A stretch of 64,000 nucleotides of DNA from Acidobacteriota bacterium. Lineage in GTDB: Bacteria; Acidobacteriota; UBA6911; RPQK01; DATIPO01. The first letter of the stretch is position 1, and every line of letters starts with the position of its first letter. The notes under the pieces are model-generated. The model saw only the letters and a program-made list of their open reading frames with translations. It was not told the origin of the DNA and did no database searches. The stretch spans positions 79,115 through 143,114 of the forward strand of contig DATIPQ010000017.1 in NCBI GenBank assembly GCA_035471785.1. Reading direction: 5' to 3'. The position numbers and the translations under genes are program-made. Shown one piece after another: positions 25,862 through 33,778 of this stretch.

Positions 25862-27994
25862 ATGAAGCTTGAAACATCGGTTCAGTTCGTCAAGAAGGTG
25901 GGAGAAGTCAGAGCCGCATTGCTTTCCAAAGCGGGAATCCGCAATCTGGACGACTTGCTGCGCTACCCGCCCATGCGCTACGAGGACCGTACCCGCTTGA
26001 AACCCATCGCCAGTCTGGAGGCGGAGGAGACGGCGGCGGTTGTGGCCCGGGTGGCGGCTTGCGGGGAACACCGGGCCGGTCCCCGGCGCATCCGGCTTTT
26101 TGAAGCGGTGGCCGAAGACCAAAGCGGAAGGCTGGCCCTTAAGTTCTTCAACCGTCCCGGCCTGGAAAAGGTTCTGACGCGGGGCGTTCGGGGGGTCTTC
26201 TTCGGCACCATCCGATACGACAAGTACAGCCGCGGGCTCGCCCTCACCAATCCGGAATTCGAGGTGCTGGAGGAAGAGGACGAGACCGGTTCTCCCCACA
26301 TCGGACGCATCGTCCCCGTCTACCGGCGTATCAGCAGCCTCACTCCCCGCATCCTGCGCACCATCATCTCCAACGCCCTGGATGCGCTGGAAAAGGCTGG
26401 GGGAAGGTGCCAAGACCCCTTACCCGAGGAGTTGAGGCGCCGTTACGGTTTTCCCTCCCTGCCCGAGGCTTTCCGCCAACTCCACTTTCCCCAACCGGGC
26501 GGGGCGAGGACGGAGGCGCTCCTCAAGCAGTTGGAAGACATGGCCACGCCCGTCCAGCAGCGTTTCATCTATGAAGACCTGTTCGCCTTTCAGAGCGCCG
26601 TGCAAGTGGTTCGCTCCCAGCGCACCCGGCTGCGCAAAGGACGCCGCATCGAGCTGGGCGAGAAGGAGCGGCGCACCCTCAAGAGCATCCTCCCCTTCCG
26701 CCCCACCCGGGCTCAAAAGCGCGTTTTGGGAGAGATCGTGCGCGACTTGGCCCGGCCTGAGGTGATGTCGAGACTGCTGCAGGGGGATGTGGGATCGGGC
26801 AAGACCATCGTGGCCCTGCAAGCCATGGCCGTAGCCATGGAAAACGGCTACCAGGCCGCCCTCATGGCCCCCACCGAGATACTGGCCGAGCAACACTGGC
26901 GCAGTCTTTCCCCCCTGCTTCACGATCGCACCCGCTTCCGCGCGGGATATTTGACGTCGGCTGTACAGGGAGGCCAGCGCGAGAACCTGCTCAACGATCT
27001 GAAAGAAGGCAAGATCGACCTTCTCATCGGCACTCACGCCCTGATCGAGGACCCGGTCGACTTCCATCGGCTGGGCATGATCGTGGTGGACGAGCAGCAC
27101 CGCTTCGGGGTCATGCAGCGTTCGCGCCTGATGGAAAAAGGCCCGCTGCCAGACGTGTTGGTAATGACCGCCACCCCCATTCCCCGCTCTCTGGCGCTCA
27201 CCCTCTACGGCGACCTCGATCTCTCGGTGCTGGACGAACTGCCTCCGGGGCGCCGGCCCGTCGAAACGGTGTTGGCGGGCGAAAAGAAGCGCGCTGAGAT
27301 ATACCGCGGGCTGCGCCGCCAGATCGAGAAGGGCCGCCAAGCCTACGTGGTCTATCCGCTGGTGGAAGAATCCGAGAAAGTGGATCTCAAAGCCGCCGTG
27401 GAAATGGCCGCCCACCTGCAGGAAAAAGTCTTTCCCGACCTGCGCGTCGGACTGCTGCACGGCCGCCTCAAGAGCGACGAGAAGGAAGCGGTCATGAAAG
27501 ACTTCGTGGCGGGCCGGTACCACATCCTGGTCTCCACCACCGTGATCGAGGTGGGCGTCGATGTTCCCAACGCTTCCATCATGGTGATCGAGCACGCCGA
27601 GCGGTTCGGGCTTTCCCAGTTGCACCAACTGCGCGGACGCATCGGCCGGGGTTCTCACGATTCCTATTGCGTGCTGATGATCGGTCCCAAGGTGGGCCAG
27701 AAAGCCCGGCAACGCCTGCTCATCATGCGCGAAAGCAACGACGGTTTCGAGATCGCCGAAAAGGACCTGGAACTGAGGGGGCCTGGAGAATTCATCGGAA
27801 CCCGCCAGTCGGGACTGCCGGAATTCGCTTTCGCAAACCTGGTGCGGGACCGCCAATGGGTGAGCCGAAGCCACCAGGACGCCCGTCACTTCATTGAGGA
27901 AAGCCTGCGCCGGGAAGGGGGAGACCGCCAACGCCTCCTCAAGCGCCTCAAAGCCCTCTTCAAGGGGCGCCTTCCCTTGGCCCGAGTGGGCTGA
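25862..27994 (+). CDS. recG: ATP-dependent DNA helicase RecG.
   Basis: Wedge/OB N-terminal domain. Helicase motif I LLQGDVGSGKTIVAL, DEQHRFGV (motif II), and a C-terminal helicase domain. 710 aa. Confidence 0.9.
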   Translation: MKLETSVQFVKKVGEVRAALLSKAGIRNLDDLLRYPPMRYEDRTRLKPIASLEAEETAAVVARVAACGEHRAGPRRIRLFEAVAEDQSGRLALKFFNRPGLEKVLTRGVRGVFFGTIRYDKYSRGLALTNPEFEVLEEEDETGSPHIGRIVPVYRRISSLTPRILRTIISNALDALEKAGGRCQDPLPEELRRRYGFPSLPEAFRQLHFPQPGGARTEALLKQLEDMATPVQQRFIYEDLFAFQSAVQVVRSQRTRLRKGRRIELGEKERRTLKSILPFRPTRAQKRVLGEIVRDLARPEVMSRLLQGDVGSGKTIVALQAMAVAMENGYQAALMAPTEILAEQHWRSLSPLLHDRTRFRAGYLTSAVQGGQRENLLNDLKEGKIDLLIGTHALIEDPVDFHRLGMIVVDEQHRFGVMQRSRLMEKGPLPDVLVMTATPIPRSLALTLYGDLDLSVLDELPPGRRPVETVLAGEKKRAEIYRGLRRQIEKGRQAYVVYPLVEESEKVDLKAAVEMAAHLQEKVFPDLRVGLLHGRLKSDEKEAVMKDFVAGRYHILVSTTVIEVGVDVPNASIMVIEHAERFGLSQLHQLRGRIGRGSHDSYCVLMIGPKVGQKARQRLLIMRESNDGFEIAEKDLELRGPGEFIGTRQSGLPEFAFANLVRDRQWVSRSHQDARHFIEESLRREGGDRQRLLKRLKALFKGRLPLARVG

Positions 27995-28118
27995 GTGCGC
28001 CTGTCCCGCCGCTGCCTTGGGCAAATTTTATTCAACAATGTGGAATAAACCCTTCGAACGCGCTTGGCAAAAACGATCTTGAAGCGCAGAACATGGCTTA
28101 AGCAGGGAAAAAGTTGAC

Positions 28119-28167
28119 ATTCAAACATTTGATTCAAAGAATTGGTTTCTAATTCAAAACTTTGAAT
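28119..28167. promoter_or_regulatory. Two 6-2-6 palindromic operator-like sites in an AT-rich intergenic region.
   Basis: aTTCAAAcaTTTGAt (28119-28134) and aTTCAAAacTTTGAAt (28152-28167, perfect). Centre-to-centre spacing is about 33 bp. The sites lie 120-170 nt upstream of a sigma-54-like element. Confidence 0.35.
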
Positions 28168-28287
28168 GAGATGTCTCCGAAGAGGGCGGCCCGAGATTCT
28201 CTAAATCTGCGAAAACGGTTGATTTTCAACGCAAACAGAGGGATAGAGCGGCAAATGAGGAAAAGATGAGGATCAGGGCCGAAGCTT

Positions 28288-28303
28288 TGGCATGATTCGT
28301 GCA
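28288..28303 (+). promoter_or_regulatory. Sigma-54 (-24/-12)-like promoter element upstream of the TonB-like gene.
   Basis: TGGCATGATTCGTGCA: GG at 28289-28290 and GC at 28301-28302, spaced exactly as in the TGGCAC-N5-TTGCA consensus. About 140 nt upstream of the ATG at 28444. Confidence 0.3.
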
Positions 28304-28443
28304 ACGTTGTACAACCCAAGATGACGCAGTGCGTCTGACGCCATTTTGCCGGGTCCGAAGCGGAATCTTCGGACTCTACGATGTTAAACGAACGAATCGA
28401 ACATGGACGTATTGCGAATCAACTCAACAGGAGAGCAACGAGC

Positions 28444-31400
28444 ATGAGATTATCTGGTTTCAGGACCATTTCCGCTCTGCTGGTATTGCTGTTGGCGGGT
28501 CTGCCGCTGATGGCCCAAACCGGCGCGGGAGGCATCCAGGGCGTTGTGCGCGACGCCTCGGGAGGCATCATCCCGGGAGTGGAAGTGAGCATTACCAATC
28601 CGCGCACGGGCCGCACCATCAATACCATCACCAACGACAGCGGTTTTTTCACCGTGCGCTCGCTGCCCGCGGGCAGCTACGAGGTCAAGGCCTCGATTGA
28701 AGGCTTCAAGACCAAGATCATCAACGTGGCCATCGAAGTCGGCGCCATGGCCAACGGCGACGTCACTTTGGAAGTGGGTACGCCGGACGAAGTCATCACG
28801 GTTTCGGGCGAGGCCATCCGGGTCGACACCGTCGACCACGAGGTGAGCGGGGCCATCACTTCGGAGCAGGTGCGCAACCTGCCTCTGAACGGCCGCAACT
28901 TTCTCGACTTGGCCCAAACCCAGCCGGGCGTGCAGTTGGTGGACGGCGGATCCTTCGACCCCACCAAGAACCAGTTCACCGGCATCTCGGTGGCCGGCCG
29001 CAGCGGCCGCGTAACCCGTATTTCCATTGACGGCATCGACATCTCCGACGAGACTGTCGGAACCACCACCCAGAACATCTCGGTGGACGCCGTTCAGGAA
29101 TTCGAGGTGAGTCAGTCTTCCTACGACGCCTCCACCTCGCTGGGTTCGGCTGGTTCGGTCAACATCATCACCAAGAGCGGCAGCAACGAGTTTCACGGCA
29201 GCGGATTCATCTTCTACCGTGACGAAGAAGTGGCCGCCCTGCCCACCACCCGCACCGGCAGCCCTCAGACGATCGCCAACCTGGAGTCGGCTGAGTTCGA
29301 CCGCGAGCAAGGCGGTTTTGAAGTCGGCGGACCTCTGGTCAAGGACCGGGTGTTCTTCTTCATCAACTACGAGAAGCTCAACCAGGATGGAAGCACCTTT
29401 ACGTCCTTGCCTTCCTTCCCCAACTTCAACGGGGCTGTGACCACGCCCTTCAACGACAACCTGGGAATCGGGCGCTTGGACTTCAACCTGAGCGATTCGA
29501 TGACGGCCTTTGGCCGCTTCAGTCACGAGACCAACGACGCCGCCACCGGTTTCGGCGGAACCAACCTGGCGCCTTTCGTCAACCAGAACGTCACCAACGT
29601 GACCGCTTTCGGTTTCGACGCCGCCACCTCTTCGCTGACCCATTCGGTGCGTTACGGTTTCACCAGCTTCGACAACGAGATCTCGACCAACAACCTGGGT
29701 CTGCCCGAGTTCTCGGCTTCCAACGGGACTCCGGTTTCGGTGGCCATCAACAGCCGCGCCACCTTCTTCTCCGGACCCAACCGTCTGGCGCCCCAGGCCA
29801 CTTATCAGACCGACCATCAGTGGAAGTACGACGGTGCCTACATTCGCGGCAACCACACCTTCCGTTTCGGATCCGAGCTGAAGTGGACCAAGACCAACCT
29901 CTTCGCCAGTTTCTTCGGCGTAGGACCTGAGGTCCGCCTGGCCTTCGACGGCAACATCCGTCAGGCCATCATCGACCGTGGCGGCAACCCCAACGATCCG
30001 CTGGAATACCCCGTCAGCTTCGCCATTCTGGGCAACGGGCAGGGGTCTTTCACCGAGATCGCCAACAACAACCGTCCCCGCGGCGGCATCAACAACACCC
30101 GTTTCGCCTGGTACGTTGAAGACTCCTGGCGCGTCACGCCCACCTTCAACCTCAACCTGGCCTTGCGCTGGGACATCAACACCGGTCAGGTCAACGATGA
30201 CCTGGGACTGCCTTCACAACTGTCCACCGTGCTGGGCCCCGACATCGTCAACCCGGTTGATCTCGATAAGAACAACTTCGGACCGCGCATCGGTTTCGCC
30301 TGGCAGCCTTTCGGCAACAACGAGACCGTCATCCGCGCCGGAGCCGGAATCTACTACGAGACCAACATCTTCAACAACGTGATCTTCGACCGCACCGACC
30401 GCTTGGCCGAGGGTCTGGGCTTCAACACCGCCGTGCCGCCCCTGGGCAACATCGACGCCATGGGCCGCGTGCTGGTGAGCGGAATGCCCGTCAACAACAT
30501 CGACACCACCGCCTGGTCGGGCGTCCCCCTGGGCACGGTGATCGACCAGATCGGGCAGACTCAAGCCGATTTCCAGGCCGCCTCTGCTCAGGTCCCCTTC
30601 GATCCCAACGGAACGCCTCTGATCCTGGTCAACGGAACCACTTTTAGTTCCATCTTCTCCCAGGATTACCAGACGCCCTACTCCATCCAGACCAACCTGG
30701 GCGTTGAGCACCAGTTGAGCGATACCTGGACGATGTCGGTCGACTACCTCCGCAACAAGAGCCTGCACCACAACCTGGTGCGTGACTTCAACCGTCACTT
30801 TGCTGCTGACACCCTGGACGTGGCCGGCGCCGCCGGCGCCATTCAGTCCACTCTCAACAGCATGGGAGTTGGCAGCATCGACGAGGCCATCGCCGCCGGA
30901 GCTTCCATCAACAGCTTCGGGCTGGCCAACTTCTTTGTTGGCGTGGACCCCAACTTCACGGCCATCAACGTGCTGGAGTCGAGCGGACGCTCTACCTATA
31001 ACGCTCTGCAGTTCCGCACCACCGGCCGCTTCACCGACATGGACGGGTTCGTCCGCAACATGTGGATGAACATTTCCTACAACTTGAGCCGCTTTGAAGT
31101 GATCTCAGGCGACCAGGACTTTCTGCCCTCGGTTGCCTTCAACGACAACTTCTTAAGCGATCAGAACCGCGGCCCCGGCGGAACCGACCGCACCCACCAG
31201 TTGAGCGCCCAGTTCTTCATGGATCTCCCCTGGGGATTCGGGCTGAACTGGAACCAGCGCTGGGCCACGGCCTTGCCCCAGAACCTGCTTCTGTCCGGCG
31301 CCGGTGGTGGAAACAACATTTTCACCTCCGACCTGGACGGCGACGGAACCTCGGGCGACTTCGTGGGCGACCGCGGCGACTTCGGCCGCGGAATCAGCAG

Positions 31401-31854
31401 CGTTGACGAACTCAACGCCCTGATCAACGGCTTCAACAGCAGCATCGCCGGCAATATCACCCCGGCGGGCCGCGCCTTGGTCAGCGCGGGACTCTTCACC
31501 GAGGCCCAACTGATCGCCTTGGGAGCGGTCGCTCCCAGCCTGCAACTGGCTCCGGCCGGACAGGTCTTCAACGACTCCTTCATCACCTCCGACATTCGAG
31601 TCACCAAGCACTTCGAAATCGGCGGCGGCGACCGGGTCGTGACCATCTCTCCTTCGGTGGAGATCTTCAACCTGTTCAACGTGGCCAACTACGGCCGCCT
31701 GGGCAACAGCGCCAACGGCATCCTCAGCGGACAGCCGGGCGCCCCCAACGGCACGGTGCAGGGCACCCGCACCAACCTCATCGGATTGGGATCGGGAAGC
31801 TTCTCGCAGGGCATCCCGCGCTCCTTCCAGTTTGCGCTGCGCGTCTCCTTCTAG
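28444..31854 (+). CDS. Outer-membrane TonB-dependent-receptor-like protein with an N-terminal carboxypeptidase-regulatory-like domain.
   Basis: ATG at 28444, in frame within track ORF 28381. Signal peptide MRLSGFRTISALLVLLLAGLPLMAQ. CarboxypepD_reg segment IQGVVRDASGGIIPGVEVSITNPRTGRTINTITNDSGFFTVRSLPAGSYEVKASIEGF. Plug and barrel-like body ending in the C-terminal ...FALRVSF. Confidence 0.8.
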   Translation: MRLSGFRTISALLVLLLAGLPLMAQTGAGGIQGVVRDASGGIIPGVEVSITNPRTGRTINTITNDSGFFTVRSLPAGSYEVKASIEGFKTKIINVAIEVGAMANGDVTLEVGTPDEVITVSGEAIRVDTVDHEVSGAITSEQVRNLPLNGRNFLDLAQTQPGVQLVDGGSFDPTKNQFTGISVAGRSGRVTRISIDGIDISDETVGTTTQNISVDAVQEFEVSQSSYDASTSLGSAGSVNIITKSGSNEFHGSGFIFYRDEEVAALPTTRTGSPQTIANLESAEFDREQGGFEVGGPLVKDRVFFFINYEKLNQDGSTFTSLPSFPNFNGAVTTPFNDNLGIGRLDFNLSDSMTAFGRFSHETNDAATGFGGTNLAPFVNQNVTNVTAFGFDAATSSLTHSVRYGFTSFDNEISTNNLGLPEFSASNGTPVSVAINSRATFFSGPNRLAPQATYQTDHQWKYDGAYIRGNHTFRFGSELKWTKTNLFASFFGVGPEVRLAFDGNIRQAIIDRGGNPNDPLEYPVSFAILGNGQGSFTEIANNNRPRGGINNTRFAWYVEDSWRVTPTFNLNLALRWDINTGQVNDDLGLPSQLSTVLGPDIVNPVDLDKNNFGPRIGFAWQPFGNNETVIRAGAGIYYETNIFNNVIFDRTDRLAEGLGFNTAVPPLGNIDAMGRVLVSGMPVNNIDTTAWSGVPLGTVIDQIGQTQADFQAASAQVPFDPNGTPLILVNGTTFSSIFSQDYQTPYSIQTNLGVEHQLSDTWTMSVDYLRNKSLHHNLVRDFNRHFAADTLDVAGAAGAIQSTLNSMGVGSIDEAIAAGASINSFGLANFFVGVDPNFTAINVLESSGRSTYNALQFRTTGRFTDMDGFVRNMWMNISYNLSRFEVISGDQDFLPSVAFNDNFLSDQNRGPGGTDRTHQLSAQFFMDLPWGFGLNWNQRWATALPQNLLLSGAGGGNNIFTSDLDGDGTSGDFVGDRGDFGRGISSVDELNALINGFNSSIAGNITPAGRALVSAGLFTEAQLIALGAVAPSLQLAPAGQVFNDSFITSDIRVTKHFEIGGGDRVVTISPSVEIFNLFNVANYGRLGNSANGILSGQPGAPNGTVQGTRTNLIGLGSGSFSQGIPRSFQFALRVSF

Positions 31855-31999
31855 GGGCCTGAGCGCATGCAACACTACGAGCCCCGCCGGATCGATCCGG
31901 CGGGGCTCGTTCGTTTAGGACAAAGTGTTTTTGAAACATCGGACCGCCTCGTCCCTCTACAAAGACGTCGGCGGGCCTTTAATATCCGCTACACTATCG

Positions 32000-33592
32000 A
32001 TGATGAAGATAAGATTGATCTTAGCCCTTATCCCTTTGCTCTTATGGACGGCTCCGGCTCTGCCGGGCCAGGACGAGCCGGCGGCCCGCCAGGAAGAGAG
32101 CCGCGACTACTTTAAGAAATGGCTGCAGGAAGACGTCCTCTACATCATCACCCCCGAGGAGCGGGCCGTTTTCGAGGACCTGCGGACTGAAGAAGAGAAG
32201 ACGCGCTTTATCGAGGCCTTCTGGAAGCGGCGCGATCCCGATCCCCAGACGATCGAGAACAGCTACAAGGAAGAGCACTACCGCAGGATCGCCTACGCCA
32301 ACGAACACTTTTCGGCCGGATTGCCCGGCTGGAAGACCGACCGGGGACGCGTCTACATCCGCTTCGGTCCTCCCACCCAGCGCGACGTCAATCCCACCGG
32401 GACCACCCTGGCCGATCCCCGGGGCGGCGTGGCCAACGCCCTCGAGGGACGCATCGAGGGCGGCGTCACCCAGCGCGAGATCATCACCTTTCCTTTTGAA
32501 ACCTGGTACTACAACTACATCGAGGGCATCGGCAGCGGCATCACCCTGGAATTCGTGGACCGTTCCGGCGCCGGACTCTACAAGCTGGCCCTCGATGAAG
32601 ACGAAAAGAACGTCTACGCCTACAAGGACCCCCTGGCCGACCCGGCCAGCGCGGCCAAGAGCGACCTTTTCCGCCTTTCCAAGGACCGCCAGTTCTATAA
32701 GACCGAACTGTTGAGCAAGGTGACTTCGGCGCCCGTCGTCAAGTTCGCCGATCTGGCGGGAGTGGTTTCTTCGCGGGTCACCTACGACCAGATCCCTTTT
32801 CAGCTCGCCGTGTCCCACGTGCAGGTGACCGACAGCTCCTACTACGTGCCGGTGACCTTCACCCTGCCCGTCTCGGATCTCACCTTCAAGAAGGAGGGAG
32901 AGGCCAACAAGGCCTCAGTCAACATCTTCATACAGGCCCGGGACCTTTCCAAGCGCATCAGCGCCATGGTGGAAGACACCCTGGAACTGACGGGAACCGA
33001 GGAGCAGTTGCCGGCCATGCGGCGGGGCAACGCCCTCTACTCCAAGAAGATCCTGCTGCCGGCGGGCCGCCACCTGCTGGACGTGGTGGTCAAGGACGTC
33101 CATTCGGGCAAAGTGGGAAACAAGCAGCAACTCGTCCACCTCGAGGTGCAAGAAGGACTGAGCCTGAGCTCCCTCATTCTTGCCGACGTGATGCGTCCGC
33201 TGATGGGAAAAGAGACCTTGGCCGATCCCTTCGCCATCGGCGATCACAAGGTGGTGCCCAACGTGGGCAACGAATTCCGCTCCAGTCAGCGGGTGGGGCT
33301 CTTCTTCCAGCTCTACGGCCTGCAGATCGATCAGTCCTCGCTGCGTCCGGACGTCGAGCTGACGGTGCGCTTCAAGCAGGGCGACCGCAACCTGGTCACC
33401 ATCGAGGACGACCTCAGCACCTTCGGCAAAGTCAGGGGCGAGCAGGCCTCGGTGACCATCAGTCTGCCGCTGGCCAAGTTCCCCGCGGGCACCGTGGTTG
33501 TGGAGGTCGAGGCCAAGGACCGCCTCAGCGGCCAGAGCACCCGGAGCGAGGCGTCTTTCCGCATCCTCAAGAAAGAGGACTCAGACTCTTGA
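32000..33592 (+). CDS. GWxTD domain protein (secreted).
   Basis: Signal peptide MMKIRLILALIPLLLWTAPALPGQ. Diagnostic FSAGLPGWKTDRGRVYIRFGPP (GWxTD) motif. The family is enriched in Acidobacteria. Confidence 0.65.
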   Translation: MMKIRLILALIPLLLWTAPALPGQDEPAARQEESRDYFKKWLQEDVLYIITPEERAVFEDLRTEEEKTRFIEAFWKRRDPDPQTIENSYKEEHYRRIAYANEHFSAGLPGWKTDRGRVYIRFGPPTQRDVNPTGTTLADPRGGVANALEGRIEGGVTQREIITFPFETWYYNYIEGIGSGITLEFVDRSGAGLYKLALDEDEKNVYAYKDPLADPASAAKSDLFRLSKDRQFYKTELLSKVTSAPVVKFADLAGVVSSRVTYDQIPFQLAVSHVQVTDSSYYVPVTFTLPVSDLTFKKEGEANKASVNIFIQARDLSKRISAMVEDTLELTGTEEQLPAMRRGNALYSKKILLPAGRHLLDVVVKDVHSGKVGNKQQLVHLEVQEGLSLSSLILADVMRPLMGKETLADPFAIGDHKVVPNVGNEFRSSQRVGLFFQLYGLQIDQSSLRPDVELTVRFKQGDRNLVTIEDDLSTFGKVRGEQASVTISLPLAKFPAGTVVVEVEAKDRLSGQSTRSEASFRILKKEDSDS

Positions 33593-33778
33593 GGCCTCGA
33601 TGGGCGGCGGCAACTCCCCCACGGCTGATCCTTCGCTCCCCCGGCGGGACGGACGGCCCGGTGCCTCTAAGTTGCCGCAGGTAAGACCACTTCTCCACTT
33701 CAGAGAACTTCGGGGGCATGGACTTGGGGAGCGGATTGCGGTAAAATCCAGGTCTTTTCCAGCGACCGAAGTCTCAAC

